Assembly: GCA_963701855.1 (NCBI GenBank)
Contig: CAVPBK010000006.1
Location: 608,001 to 672,000, forward strand
Length of the DNA stretch: 64,000 nt
Direction of reading: 5' to 3'
DNA from: Nitrospirota bacterium
GTDB lineage: Bacteria > Nitrospirota > Nitrospiria > Nitrospirales > Nitrospiraceae
A program made the position numbers and the translations under genes. Under the pieces are notes generated by a model. The model saw nothing but the letters and a program-made list of their open reading frames with translations, ran no database searches and was not told the DNA's origin. Positions 28,930-39,531 of this stretch are shown piece after piece (within the stretch, counting starts at the first letter, position 1; every line of letters starts with the position of its first letter).

Positions 28930-31344
28930 TCATACCCCTTCCTCTGCCCCCACCGGCCCTCGCCGCCCAACCACCTCTCTCCGCCCATCGCGACCAGCCG
29001 CGCCCACGAGGCCATCCGCCTCCATTTGCTCGATCATCCGCGCCGCCCTAGGATAGCCCACCCGCAGCCGGCGCTGAATCAGCGATGCAGAGGCTGAACC
29101 GGTAGATAGGACCAACTCTTTGGCTTGCTCGTAGACTTCGCCCAATCCTTCTTCCTCTTTCGCCCCTTCCTGTTTCAGCGCGATCTGCAACTCCTGATTG
29201 TAGGCAGGCTTGGCTTGATCCTTCACGAACTCGACCACGCGGCGGACATCGTCATCCGACACAAACGACCCGTGCAACCGCATGACTCGTCCGGTCCCCG
29301 AAGCCATATAGAGCATGTCCCCACGGCCAAGAAGCGCCTCCGCGCCGTTCGCGTCCAGGATGGTGCGGGAATCGGTCTTCGACGACACTTGGAACGCAAT
29401 GCGGGCCGGAAAGTTCGCCTTGATCAAACCGGTCAGCACGTCGACCGACGGGCGCTGCGTCGCCAGCACGAGATGGATGCCCGATGCGCGGGCCATCTGC
29501 GCCAAACGCGCAATCTTGTCTTCCACTTCCTTCGGCGCCACCATCATCAAATCCGCCAATTCATCGATCATCACGACAATATACGGCAAGGGTTCAGGCG
29601 GAGTCGGCGGCGGTGTGAATGATCCGGGGCTGCCATCCGGAAGCGCGGTCTCTCCGGCAGAGAGCCGGTCCTCTTCAGACAGAAACTGGATGGGCAATTC
29701 CGGCTGGTCCAACTTGGCTGCCGATTCCGTATCCAGTACACCCTGCTTCCCGGCGACTTTTCGATTATATGTATCGATGTTTCGCACCCCTGCCTCAGCC
29801 AGCAACTTGTAGCGCCGTTCCATTTCAGCGACGACCCAACCGAGCCCCCGCGCCGCCGACTTGGGGTCAGTGATGACCGGCCGTAACAGGTGAGGAATGC
29901 CGTCGTACGTTTGAAATTCGAGCATCTTGGGGTCGATCAAAAGTAGCTTAACCTCATCGGGTCGAGCCGAAAACAGCAGGCTCAGGAGCATCGTATTGAG
30001 ACTCACACTTTTCCCTGCCCCCGTAGCGCCGGCGACCAGCAAGTGCGGCATCGTTTTCAGATCGGCGACCATGGGGGTTCCAAAAATGTCTTTCCCTAAG
30101 GCCAAGCTGAGCTTTGATCTGGCGCGTGAAAATGCGTCGCTCGTCACCACTTCCTTCATCGACACTGTCTCGCGATAGAGATTCGGCACCTCGATCCCTA
30201 CCACAGATTTTCCCGGAATCGGCGCGACGATCCGGAGGCTGATCGCCTTCAGTGCCAACGCCAGATCGTCGGCGAGGTTCACAATGCGCGCGACTTTGGT
30301 CCCCGGCCCCGGCTCGAACTCGTACATCGTCACGACTGGTCCGGGGCGAACTTCTGTTACCTTTCCCGCGATGCCGAAACTGAGCAGGGCGCGGGTCAGT
30401 ACATCGGATTGCGCCTTGATTTCTTCTTCCGTGACACGCCCTAGGGGGCCTGACGGTTCGCTCAAGAGCACGGCCGGATCCGGCAAGATATAGTCTCCCG
30501 CCTTCGCTTGGGCGACTACGGCCTGTTGGTCAGACTCGGTTTCAGTCGGCTCAGCCGGCTCGGGAGTCGGTCGTCGTGATGGTTGAATGACCGGCCAATC
30601 CAATTCCGGCTCCGCGACCGCCTCAGGAAGCGCCTCCTCAATCACCGCACGAATGGCTGTAACCGATTTCTGTTTGGCCTTCCTTGGAGACTCAGAAACC
30701 GCTTCTTCCACCGGCCGATCCGGGATCAAGGTACGCGCCCTGTTGAACATCCAATTGCCTAACCCGGGAAGCCGCCGAGCAATCTCCAACAGAGAGATGG
30801 GCGCCGTGAAAAGGAGCGAAACCAGTAGTCCCGCCACGATCAGAATGTGGGCGCCGGTACTCGCAAAGTAAGCCCGTAAACTTTCAGCCAATACTTGTCC
30901 GAAAAATCCTCCCGCCATCCCTCGGTAAATAAGACCGCTAGAAACCGTCGGCACCGCCATGATTTCGAGATGGAACAAGCTGCTGAGAAACAGCAATGCC
31001 GCCAGGGAGGCGCCGGCATTCCGCAGACGGATCGATAGGTCGCTCTGAGTAAAACAGCGGACACCCATGAGACCGAGGAGAATAGGAAACAGGTAGGCGG
31101 CCCCGCCGATCGACCAGAATAAGGTAGATGCGAAGAACGCGCCGGCCGACCCAATGAGGTTTCTGGGCGGAGGCGTAGCAGTTGCCCCAGCCTTGACCTC
31201 CCCTGGAACAAAGGACAGCAGGCTGAGCAGCGTCAAGAGCGCCAACGCGATCAGGACGACTCCGATCACTTCTCGTTTGATGTGTGAAGGGGAGGAAGCG
31301 GCGCCGCGGGGCTCACCCCGCTTGGCCGAAGTGGTGACAGCCAT
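28930..31344 (-). CDS. ftsK: DNA translocase FtsK
   Basis: N-terminal TMs, GATGAGKS, DELADLM, ATQRPS, gamma domain SLIQRRLRVGYPRA. Confidence 0.96.
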   Translation of the reverse strand: MAVTTSAKRGEPRGAASSPSHIKREVIGVVLIALALLTLLSLLSFVPGEVKAGATATPPPRNLIGSAGAFFASTLFWSIGGAAYLFPILLGLMGVRCFTQSDLSIRLRNAGASLAALLFLSSLFHLEIMAVPTVSSGLIYRGMAGGFFGQVLAESLRAYFASTGAHILIVAGLLVSLLFTAPISLLEIARRLPGLGNWMFNRARTLIPDRPVEEAVSESPRKAKQKSVTAIRAVIEEALPEAVAEPELDWPVIQPSRRPTPEPAEPTETESDQQAVVAQAKAGDYILPDPAVLLSEPSGPLGRVTEEEIKAQSDVLTRALLSFGIAGKVTEVRPGPVVTMYEFEPGPGTKVARIVNLADDLALALKAISLRIVAPIPGKSVVGIEVPNLYRETVSMKEVVTSDAFSRARSKLSLALGKDIFGTPMVADLKTMPHLLVAGATGAGKSVSLNTMLLSLLFSARPDEVKLLLIDPKMLEFQTYDGIPHLLRPVITDPKSAARGLGWVVAEMERRYKLLAEAGVRNIDTYNRKVAGKQGVLDTESAAKLDQPELPIQFLSEEDRLSAGETALPDGSPGSFTPPPTPPEPLPYIVVMIDELADLMMVAPKEVEDKIARLAQMARASGIHLVLATQRPSVDVLTGLIKANFPARIAFQVSSKTDSRTILDANGAEALLGRGDMLYMASGTGRVMRLHGSFVSDDDVRRVVEFVKDQAKPAYNQELQIALKQEGAKEEEGLGEVYEQAKELVLSTGSASASLIQRRLRVGYPRAARMIEQMEADGLVGAAGRDGRREVVGRRGPVGAEEGV

Positions 31345-31387
31345 GCGCGCGATGCTAGCACAGGGAATCGGTCATTTCAAACGAGAG

Positions 31388-31640
31388 GAGGGGATGGAGC
31401 CTGATGATCCTCAGTGCTCGCGCAACGCGCGGTCGCGGACTCCCCTCGCCTGGGCTAATGGCACGTCCCGGGAAATCGATTGCGAAGCAATCGGAGGGTA
31501 GGGCGGGTGAGAAAGTTACGCGCAGTGGAAGATCAGTCAGCCCCCATCCCTGGAGATAACGAGCGAGCTTGGAGGGATCATTTATATGGATGGTGGTCGC
31601 TCTACGTGCGCAGTGGGGGGCACATCCAGACCATCTCCTA
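31388..31640. repeat. family B structured repeat (reverse orientation)
   Basis: GTGCTCGCGCAACGCGCG...GGGCGGGTGAGAAAG...CGAGCGAGCTTGGAGGG. Confidence 0.75.
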
Positions 31641-31699
31641 AAGACGGTGGAGGGAGAGTGGAAGAGCGGGCAGGCGCTGCCATATACCCTCGCACCTCG

Positions 31700-32491
31700 T
31701 CAAACGTGCGTAAGAGCGAGTCGGAGAAAGTCCTCGACCGACAACGTCTCTGCCCGGCGAGTCGGAGTAATTTCCAATCGCTTCAATCTCTCGACGACAG
31801 ATGAAAGTTCATACCCTTCGTCTCGCAGGGAATTAACCAGCGTTTTCCTTCGATGCGCAAAAGCCGCTTTCACGAGCGCGCGGAATGCGGCCTCTTCCTG
31901 CGAACTGAGCTTCGCACGCTCTTTCGTGCGCAACAGCACTACCGCCGAGGCCACCTCTGGTCTGGGGCGGAAACACTGGGCTGAGACACGAAACGATTTG
32001 GTAATGTATGCGGCGTACTGCGCCATGACAGAGAGGACGCCATAGTCCGACCCGCCGGGCTTGGCCACCAATCGATCGGCCACTTCGGCCTGCAGCATGA
32101 GCACCATCCGGGGAAACCGAGCCCGCTGGTCAAGTAATCGAAAGAGCAACGGGGTTGAAATATAGTAGGGAAGATTAGCCACGATGACCGTCCCGATCGG
32201 CAGGCGCTCGACCGGATAGGCTAGCGCGTCCTCACAGACCAGCTCCACATTCGAAAGCTCCGTCTGCCTGGTTTCGAGATAGGCATGGAGCTGTGGATCC
32301 ACTTCGATCGCCGTCACATGACCGGCTGCGCGGCACAACGCCTCTGTCAGGATGCCACGGCCTGGACCGATTTCCAACACGTGGTCGCTGGGCTCCAGTT
32401 CTGCCAACGCGACGATTTTGCGCACAATGTTGGGATCGATCAGAAAGTTTTGGCCGAGCCGTTTGTTCGGCGGAGGGAGGTTAGCCCGCAT
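31700..32491 (-). CDS. rsmA: 16S rRNA m6,2A dimethyltransferase
   Basis: KRLGQNFL, LEIGPGRG, ANLPY, RRKTL. Confidence 0.95.
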   Translation of the reverse strand: MRANLPPPNKRLGQNFLIDPNIVRKIVALAELEPSDHVLEIGPGRGILTEALCRAAGHVTAIEVDPQLHAYLETRQTELSNVELVCEDALAYPVERLPIGTVIVANLPYYISTPLLFRLLDQRARFPRMVLMLQAEVADRLVAKPGGSDYGVLSVMAQYAAYITKSFRVSAQCFRPRPEVASAVVLLRTKERAKLSSQEEAAFRALVKAAFAHRRKTLVNSLRDEGYELSSVVERLKRLEITPTRRAETLSVEDFLRLALTHV

Positions 32492-32866
32492 AATTCACGA
32501 AGGCTTCTACTGCAACCACTGATACGAAATCAGAACTTATTGCGGTATTCATTCTTCGCGCCAGGATCATACAAAGGGCGCTCGACCTCGCAAGCGCGGT
32601 GGCGACGCACCTGACGGTGGGCGGGCTCGCCGCTCGGTCGGTCAACATACTGTTTCAAGTATGCCTCCCTCCCTCGTGGGCTCGGCCCAGAAGCCTGCCT
32701 CACCCACTCTTACAAGGGGGCCAGCCCCCTTGTAGAATCCCCACGAAGGGGGCACACCCCCTTCGGAACTCCCAGGCGTGGTGTTACCCCGCCTCTCGGC
32801 TCCGCGCGCCCGTCTCGCTTGCCGTCTCGGCGGTTTCGCCACGCACCCTCGTGAATAATGCGGGCT
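32483..32866. mobile_element. MITE-like element, family C, copy 2 with ~120-bp hairpin insert
   Basis: Same TIR as 1030-1295, inverted; extra AAGGGGG...CCCCCTT hairpins. Confidence 0.8.
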
Positions 32867-32881
32867 GAGGATGGACACCGG

Positions 32882-33211
32882 TCAATTTCCACCGGAAGGA
32901 GGCGGAGTGGCTACTCGCGCCAGTTGTTTCGCCAGATCGGTAAGCGGAGCTCTGAAATAGTCGGTGAGGTCGGTAAACTCTTCCACTAAGTCGTTAGTAA
33001 ATGAAGGCCCCGGCTGCAGGGCGGCAAACTTCTGCCCTTCCTTCTGGCCCAGGGATTCGGTGATGAGAGCACTCGTCCTGACTTTCCACTTGGCCATTCG
33101 TTCGGCTCCGGCAACGGTATTGAGCGTCTCCATGGTCTCTTGGAAAATCTGGTCCAACTCCTTCAATTGCTTCTGAAGCATGTCAAGCGCCGTACCCGAT
33201 TGGTTCGTCAT
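32882..33211 (-). CDS. hypothetical helical protein
   Basis: 109 aa, RBS GAGGAG, co-oriented between pdxA and rsmA. Confidence 0.7.
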   Translation of the reverse strand: MTNQSGTALDMLQKQLKELDQIFQETMETLNTVAGAERMAKWKVRTSALITESLGQKEGQKFAALQPGPSFTNDLVEEFTDLTDYFRAPLTDLAKQLARVATPPPSGGN

Positions 33212-33229
33212 CGATAAACTCCTCTTGCA

Positions 33230-33300
33230 TTGGTCTAGCTGGTCTATCTGGTTCGGTCCAAACTAGGAAACCGGACAGACGAGATAGACCAAACAGACCT
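33230..33300. repeat. 9-mer tandem-repeat hairpin
   Basis: TGGTCTAGC TGGTCTATC TGGT...GACAGACGAGATAGACCAAACAGACC. Confidence 0.7.
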
Positions 33301-33301
33301 C

Positions 33302-34309
33302 TCACCGTCTCTTAGCTAGCTTGGCGGCCAGCGTGATCGCCTCAACCAGACTGCCAGGATCTGCAATGCCCTTCCCCACAATATCAAACGCGGTCCCGTG
33401 ATCGACCGAGGTGCGAATGATCGGCAGACCCACCGTCAGATTTACGCAGGTGCCGAACGCGACAAGCTTTAAGGGAATGAGCCCCTGGTCGTGGTACAGA
33501 GCCACCACACCGTCGTAGTCGCCCCTCGCCGCCTTGCCAAACAGCGTATCAGCCGGCAAGGGATCGCTGGCACGAATACCCTGGGCCTGCGCCGCACGAG
33601 CCGCCGGGAAAATCACTCGCGCCTCTTCGTCCCCAAACAGTCCATGTTCTCCTGCATGAGGGTTCAACGCGGCGACACCGACTCTCGGTTTCTTAATTCC
33701 AAAGAGATCCCTCAACGCCAGATGGGCTAGTCTAATGGCTTTTTCAATCTTGGCCTGGGTGAGGAGTGACGGCAAATCTTTGATCGCGACGTGGGTTGTC
33801 ACAAACATGATTCGGAGCGGCCCGCCGATAATCATCATGCCGGATTCTTGTGTCTTGGTCAGATCTGCCAGCAGTTCCGTATGGCCGGGGAAATGACAGC
33901 CGGCCATATTGATCGCTTCTTTGTTGATCGGCGCAGTGACAATGCCGTCGATACAGCCAAGCTGCGCAAGCTCCACGGCTTTCTTGATAAACAGCACGGA
34001 CGCCGCTCCAGTTTCAGGTGCCGCGACTCCTCGTGGGAATCGCCCAAGGGAGTGATCGAGCGGGTCCAGCACAGCGAGGCGATTCGGTTGTGGAGGCGCT
34101 GTTTCATGACCCTCCATGCGAATTACGTTCATCTTAAGTTTCAAGCTCTTGACCGTCTGCTGCATGACCGGAAACGAGCCGATGACAATTGGACGACACA
34201 GGCGCCGCAACGCTTTTCCTGCCAAAGCCTTCGCAATCACCTCCGGGCCGATCCCCGCAGGATCTCCCATGGTGATTCCAAGAAGCGGTTTGGCTTTCAT
34301 CCTCGTCAT
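33302..34309 (-). CDS. pdxA: 4-hydroxythreonine-4-phosphate dehydrogenase
   Basis: MGDPAGIGPE, TAPINK, GHTE, NPHAGE, YHDQG, RTSVDHGTA. Confidence 0.95.
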   Translation of the reverse strand: MTRMKAKPLLGITMGDPAGIGPEVIAKALAGKALRRLCRPIVIGSFPVMQQTVKSLKLKMNVIRMEGHETAPPQPNRLAVLDPLDHSLGRFPRGVAAPETGAASVLFIKKAVELAQLGCIDGIVTAPINKEAINMAGCHFPGHTELLADLTKTQESGMMIIGGPLRIMFVTTHVAIKDLPSLLTQAKIEKAIRLAHLALRDLFGIKKPRVGVAALNPHAGEHGLFGDEEARVIFPAARAAQAQGIRASDPLPADTLFGKAARGDYDGVVALYHDQGLIPLKLVAFGTCVNLTVGLPIIRTSVDHGTAFDIVGKGIADPGSLVEAITLAAKLAKRR

Positions 34310-34341
34310 GTTCTTCTCAGCACTCAGCACCCATCACTTCC

Positions 34342-35346
34342 TTAGGCCCAATACAAATACACCACATACCCTATATAAAGGATGGCGCTCCCGCTCAGCA
34401 ACCAAGGCCGCCAGAGAGCACCCCACGCAGCCTGCGCCAACAAGAAGGTAGCCGCGGCTATAGCGAGCACCATAGTCATCAATGCCGTCGGCGCCAACGT
34501 CCAGTCCGTGCCCAGGAGCCCGATCGAGACTGGGATTGTACCCTGAAAGACGATCGCGCCGGTGACATTCCCTATCGCCAGCCGATCTTTCTTTCGGTAG
34601 AGCCAGAGAAAACTGTTCGACATCTCAGGCAACTCGGTCGCGAGGGGCGCGATGAGGAGGGCCAGGATTAATGGAGAAATCGACAAAGCGCTCGAAATCG
34701 TTTCTGCAGCGAGCACGAAGAGGTGCGCTCCGAGCGCGAGACCAGCCAAGCCAAGGATTGCTTGAAGACCGATGAGCCCAAACGACGGGGTTGCCGCCTT
34801 TCTGGCAAAGAGCAGCGGCTCAAGCCCGCCCTCGCTCCCCTCCTCATCAGTTTCACTGAACTTCAGTTTGACGTAATAGAGGTAGAGGCCTATCAACCCG
34901 ATTGCGGCGACGATATGCACCGATCGAGACGGGACATACGCACAGGCCAGCGCGAGGCTGTACGCCGCCACAAAGAAAAAAAGATCGCCTCTTACAGCGC
35001 GATAGTTTACTCGGAAAGCCGCGATTCGCTTCCCCAATCCGGCATAGACCATCAACAATATGGCCAAGACGGGAATCACCAGGGTGGTCAACATGAAGGG
35101 GGCACCGAGGATCGCGCCCAACCCCACCTCCACTTCGGCACGGCTGGCTCCGAAGAAAATGGCAATCACGGGAATCGATGTTTCGGGAAGTGTGGTGCCG
35201 ATGGCGGCCAACACGCCGCCGACCGCGCCTTCTGACAGATTGAATCGCTTGCCCAACCACTCGATGGCGTTTGTAAATAACGTGCAGGCGCCCAGCGTCA
35301 CCACGACAGAAACGAGGAAGAGGAGGGTATAGAGTAGGACCGTCAT
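34342..35346 (-). CDS. sodium:calcium antiporter family protein
   Basis: Alpha repeats GTTLPE and ATELPE...GNVTG. Confidence 0.85.
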   Translation of the reverse strand: MTVLLYTLLFLVSVVVTLGACTLFTNAIEWLGKRFNLSEGAVGGVLAAIGTTLPETSIPVIAIFFGASRAEVEVGLGAILGAPFMLTTLVIPVLAILLMVYAGLGKRIAAFRVNYRAVRGDLFFFVAAYSLALACAYVPSRSVHIVAAIGLIGLYLYYVKLKFSETDEEGSEGGLEPLLFARKAATPSFGLIGLQAILGLAGLALGAHLFVLAAETISSALSISPLILALLIAPLATELPEMSNSFLWLYRKKDRLAIGNVTGAIVFQGTIPVSIGLLGTDWTLAPTALMTMVLAIAAATFLLAQAAWGALWRPWLLSGSAILYIGYVVYLYWA

Positions 35347-36548
35347 CCCCGGCTCGTCGGCCTAGTGACCCGCTGTTTGGCATAGGCAAGAGCCGCATCT
35401 TCGAGCACCTCTTTTACGGGACGGCCTGTCCGTTCGGCTATCCGCTTGCAATCGAGATATTCCGGAGCCGCTTTAGTTGTCGCATCGTTCACAACGGCGA
35501 CCTTCATCCGAACAACGCCCCCGCGCACCTTTACCGAGACAAACTGCCGAGGAAGGATCTGTCGCATGACCTCACGAATCCGGACTCCTAACGTTGTCGT
35601 TTCCTGAAATAATACGTCAAGAATCCGATCCCGCTGCGCCGGAGCAGCAAGACAGGACAGAACAATGCCGGGCCGTCCACGTTTCATGATGACCGGCGCC
35701 AGTGTCACATCGAGCGCCCCGCGCGCGAATAGCTGTTCGATCACATACTCATATGTTTGCGGGTTCACATCGTCGAGATTCGTTTCAAGCTGCAGCACGG
35801 TATCCTGTTCACGCACGCCTCGGGATGACGGCCGCGAGAGAAACACACGCAAGGCATTCGGCCAGCCGTCGGGGTCGGCATCGCCCGCTCCATAGCCAAT
35901 GGCTGTCGGTGTCATCACCGGCATGGGACCGAACTCCGATGTCAGCGTGCGCAACAGCGCCATGCCGGTCGGCGTGGTGAGTTCACGGGAAGGGCCGGCA
36001 CTATACACCGGAATCCCTTTCGCCAATATGGCGACCGCCGGGCCAGGCACCGGCAAGATCCCGTGAGCGGATTGCAGCGTCCCCGTTCCGACATTGACCG
36101 GGGAAGACGTCACGCGCGTCACGCCCAACAGGTCGCAGCAGATCAGCCCACCGACGATATCGACAAACGAGTCCAGAACCCCCACTTCATGAAAATGGAC
36201 GTGATCTTTGGCCACGCGATGGGCATGCCCTTCCGCTTCGGCCAACTGATCGAATACCGATCGGCTTTGTTCTTTGATCTTGTCGGGAATTCGACTCGCG
36301 GAGAGGATGGAATGTATCCGATGAAGCGAGAGAGGCTTGCGCAATCCCGACGTGATCACGACATCCACTTTCGTAGCGTGAATCGCCCCTCGATGCACCC
36401 GCCGCCTCTGCAGCGTAAACCCTGAAAGCCTGAGCTGTTTCAGCCCCCTCACCAAGTCGGAAAACGGGACGCCCACATCCACGAGCGCGCCGAGAGTCAT
36501 GTCGCCGCTGATTCCGGAATAACAATCGAAATGGAGATGCGCGCCCAC
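35343..36548 (-). CDS. larC: nickel-pincer cofactor nickel insertase
   Basis: DCYSGISGDM, VHFHEVG, HGILPVP, ELTTPTG, ETNLDD, MKRGRP, PEY. Confidence 0.93.
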   Translation of the reverse strand: MGAHLHFDCYSGISGDMTLGALVDVGVPFSDLVRGLKQLRLSGFTLQRRRVHRGAIHATKVDVVITSGLRKPLSLHRIHSILSASRIPDKIKEQSRSVFDQLAEAEGHAHRVAKDHVHFHEVGVLDSFVDIVGGLICCDLLGVTRVTSSPVNVGTGTLQSAHGILPVPGPAVAILAKGIPVYSAGPSRELTTPTGMALLRTLTSEFGPMPVMTPTAIGYGAGDADPDGWPNALRVFLSRPSSRGVREQDTVLQLETNLDDVNPQTYEYVIEQLFARGALDVTLAPVIMKRGRPGIVLSCLAAPAQRDRILDVLFQETTTLGVRIREVMRQILPRQFVSVKVRGGVVRMKVAVVNDATTKAAPEYLDCKRIAERTGRPVKEVLEDAALAYAKQRVTRPTSRG

Positions 36549-36824
36549 GTGTGTCCTTTCCTTACTCAAGTCAAACCGCGCCCATCTTACCCAAGCCACC
36601 TGCGAACGGCAATCGGCTCAGAAGCGAGTGGTGCGCGAGGAGTCGTGCCTCGAACCGTGACGTGTGAGCCCGGACTCCATTCCAGTACGCTCCTTTTCCC
36701 GCCAGTCCCGCCCGTCTCGCCGGCTCGGAACATTGACAGCCTACCGACGCTATGTTATCCCCACTGCACTTGCCCACTGATTGGGCTCCCATCACAAAGC
36801 CAGGATGAAAATGCCCATAGCCCT

Positions 36825-37376
36825 ATGACAATTTGCCGGTCCCTGATTACGCCCTGTTCAGAGTTATTCAGATCATCGAGTGGTCGGGTTGTCTGGGTGC
36901 TGTTCTGCGTCGCGATCTTACTCTGGACCCCGCTTGACGTCTCGGCAAAATCGAAGCCTCACCGAGCCCCACGCCCCGAACCGGAGCTCAAGATTCTCGA
37001 CCTGAAGATCTTGCCCAATCCCTACACAATCTCATCGGGACCATTGCAGTTTTCTGCTTTGGTTCAACTGCCCAAGGAGCTGAATGGCTCAACCCTGCTG
37101 GAATTTTCCTCATTCATTACATCGCCGTCGAAAAACTCGCTCCGTTTCCTGACCACCCGTACCGCACTGGAGCCGCATCAGGCTTCGACCACCGGCGCCG
37201 CCCCTCCACAGGTCTCTGTCCTCCTGACGTGGGACGGATTGGACCAGAAAAAAATCCCGTCGGTGGCAGGTCTTTATCAATTTGAAGTGCGGGCCAAGTT
37301 ACTAGCGAACGGCGAAAAGGGACCCAGGACGCAGATGAATGCCTGGCCAAAACGCGGAACGATAGAAGTGAAATAA
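36825..37376 (+). CDS. exported hypothetical protein
   Basis: Signal-like TM, beta-rich body with LTWDG; start uncertain. Confidence 0.6.
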   Translation: MTICRSLITPCSELFRSSSGRVVWVLFCVAILLWTPLDVSAKSKPHRAPRPEPELKILDLKILPNPYTISSGPLQFSALVQLPKELNGSTLLEFSSFITSPSKNSLRFLTTRTALEPHQASTTGAAPPQVSVLLTWDGLDQKKIPSVAGLYQFEVRAKLLANGEKGPRTQMNAWPKRGTIEVK

Positions 37377-37388
37377 ACCGCGGCGGAA

Positions 37389-37490
37389 CGCGCGAGACAG
37401 GCGCGACTGGCGGGAGAAATCATATCTGTCACTCCTTCAGCATCTCACCTTTCGCGCTTTTCCCGCTGGTCTCGCCCTTCGCGCGCCTCG
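37389..37490. repeat. GC-rich 9-mer repeat hairpin overlapping the larB 3' end
   Basis: CGCGAGACAGGCGCGACTGGCGGGA...TTCCCGCTGGTCTCGCCCTTCGCG; similar half at ~36690-36722. Confidence 0.6.
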
Positions 37491-38233
37491 CCTAAGAGGT
37501 TGATCCGGTGCGCAAGACAACCCGCCCCGAATCCATTGTCGATGTTCATCACGCCGACCCCCGCCGCGCAAGAGTTCAGCATCGTCAACAACGCAGCAAG
37601 TCCACCGAAGCTTGCGCCGTAACCACGGCTCGTCGGTACGGCAACGACAGGACAGGGAACCAACCCGCCGACCACGCTTGGTAAAACCCCGTCCATCCCT
37701 GCTACTACCACGACCACCCGAGCTTGCATCAGCCGGCTTTGACGCTCCAGCAACCGATGAATACCAGCCACGCCCACGTCATAGAGCGTCTCAACCCGAC
37801 TCCCCATTACCTCCGCCGACACTCTCGCTTCTTCCGCGACAGGAATATCCGAGGTGCCGGCTGTAATCACTAAGATATGGCCCTGCAGTAACCGCTTGGG
37901 ATCACGGATCGACACGATGCGCGCCTCGTCATGATAGACCGCTCGACGGTCAAGCCGCTTGATGAGCGTAGCCACTTGGCGAGTCGCTCGCGTCGCCAAC
38001 AACGGGCGATGATGTTTCAACAACGCCTTCGCAATAGCGCGAATCTGGACCGGCGTCTTCCCCTCGCAGAAAATGACCTCGGGGAACCCCTGCCGCAGCG
38101 ACCGGTGGTGATCGACTGAGGCAAATCCAAGATCTTCATAGGGCAAAGTGCGAAGCTGTTCAATAGCCGCCGCCACGGGCAGAATACCCGTTTTCACCTC
38201 AGTCAGCAGTCGTTCAAGCGCCTCAGGATTCAT
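37445..38233 (-). CDS. larB: nickel-pincer cofactor biosynthesis carboxylase/hydrolase
   Basis: GFPEVIFCEGKT, AGTSDIPVAEEA, DVGVAGIHRL, PTSRGYG, NIDNGFGA. Confidence 0.93.
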   Translation of the reverse strand: MNPEALERLLTEVKTGILPVAAAIEQLRTLPYEDLGFASVDHHRSLRQGFPEVIFCEGKTPVQIRAIAKALLKHHRPLLATRATRQVATLIKRLDRRAVYHDEARIVSIRDPKRLLQGHILVITAGTSDIPVAEEARVSAEVMGSRVETLYDVGVAGIHRLLERQSRLMQARVVVVVAGMDGVLPSVVGGLVPCPVVAVPTSRGYGASFGGLAALLTMLNSCAAGVGVMNIDNGFGAGCLAHRINLLGEAREGRDQREKRER

Positions 38234-39249
38234 GGCTGTCCTTTCTCCGGCTTTGCGTCGCGCTCCATCAGATCGGTCACCGCCTTGCGGCATGACTTCC
38301 CTTCGAACAAGACCGCGTTAATCTCTTGCACGATCGGCATGTCGACATGATGACGTCGCGCGAGTCCTAACGCCGCCTTCGCCGTCCGCACACCTTCCGC
38401 CACCGCCTGCATGTTGGCGAGAATCGCCTCCAGCCGCTCGCCTTTCCCCAGTCGAACACCGACCGTATGATTTCGGCTCAAGGCTCCGGTGCAGGTCAAC
38501 ACCAAATCGCCGACGCCGGATAACCCGTAGAACGTTCGCGGATCTGCGCCCATAGCGACGCCCAGCCGCACCATTTCCGCTAATCCTCTCGTGATCAACG
38601 CGGCCCGCGCATTATGACCGAGATCTAATCCGTCCACCACGCCGGCTGCAAGCGCCATCACATTCTTGAGCGCGCCGCCGAGCTGGACACCCAGCATATC
38701 GCTGTCGGCGTACACGCGAAGGGCCGGCGTCATCAACGAAGCCTGGAATGTCTTGACCAGTCCCTGGTTGTTTCCGGCTAAACAAAGCACTGCCGGTTTC
38801 CCTGCGCTGACTTCTGTCGCGAAGCTCGGACCGGACAACACCAGGAGATCCTGGTGCATGGCAGGAGGAAGGACATCGGTCATCACCTGAGTCATCAAAT
38901 TCAACGTATCTTCTTCAACTCCCTTCGTTGCGCTGATGAACGGGATTGGGGTGGAAAGGGATCGGACCAGCTCGCGCAGCACAGAACGCGCAACGTGGGA
39001 CGGCACCACGAAGAGCAGTCCCTCGCTCCGCTCGGTGAGATCTACCAACGATCCAGTAGCCACAAGCGATGGGGGAAGCGCGACACCAGGCAGAAAGACC
39101 GAGTTTTCGTGTTTCCCGTTGATCGCATCCACGACCTCTCGTTCATAGGCCCAGAGCCGAGTTTCGAGACCTTTCTCCGCAAGATGTTTCGCCAGAGCCG
39201 TGCCCCAGGCTCCGGCCCCGATAACTCCTATACGACGGATGGATGACAT
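38230..39249 (-). CDS. gpsA: NAD(P)H-dependent glycerol-3-phosphate dehydrogenase
   Basis: GAGAWGTA, SGPSFA, GGALKN, GVGDLVLTC, SRN. Confidence 0.95.
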   Translation of the reverse strand: MSSIRRIGVIGAGAWGTALAKHLAEKGLETRLWAYEREVVDAINGKHENSVFLPGVALPPSLVATGSLVDLTERSEGLLFVVPSHVARSVLRELVRSLSTPIPFISATKGVEEDTLNLMTQVMTDVLPPAMHQDLLVLSGPSFATEVSAGKPAVLCLAGNNQGLVKTFQASLMTPALRVYADSDMLGVQLGGALKNVMALAAGVVDGLDLGHNARAALITRGLAEMVRLGVAMGADPRTFYGLSGVGDLVLTCTGALSRNHTVGVRLGKGERLEAILANMQAVAEGVRTAKAALGLARRHHVDMPIVQEINAVLFEGKSCRKAVTDLMERDAKPEKGQP

Positions 39250-39531
39250 GATTAATAAAATGCTTTTGATGGAAGGGTTGACATCAACAAGGGTTGTGAG
39301 CCCCGCGGATTATAGGAACCGGTTCTTTCACCTGTCAATGAATGAGAGACGGTCTTCGAAATTTGTCAAGTCGAGCCAGATTCCACAGCCCTGCCAAAAC
39401 AGGGTCGTAGGGCTGAAGTGGCACATGCCTTGCTCCTTCTTTGTATGATTTCACATTTTTCTTCGTTCAGATGCATCAGACGACTAGTATGAAAGCGTGC
39501 GTGGTTACAGGTGAACGTGAGGGAGAAGGCC

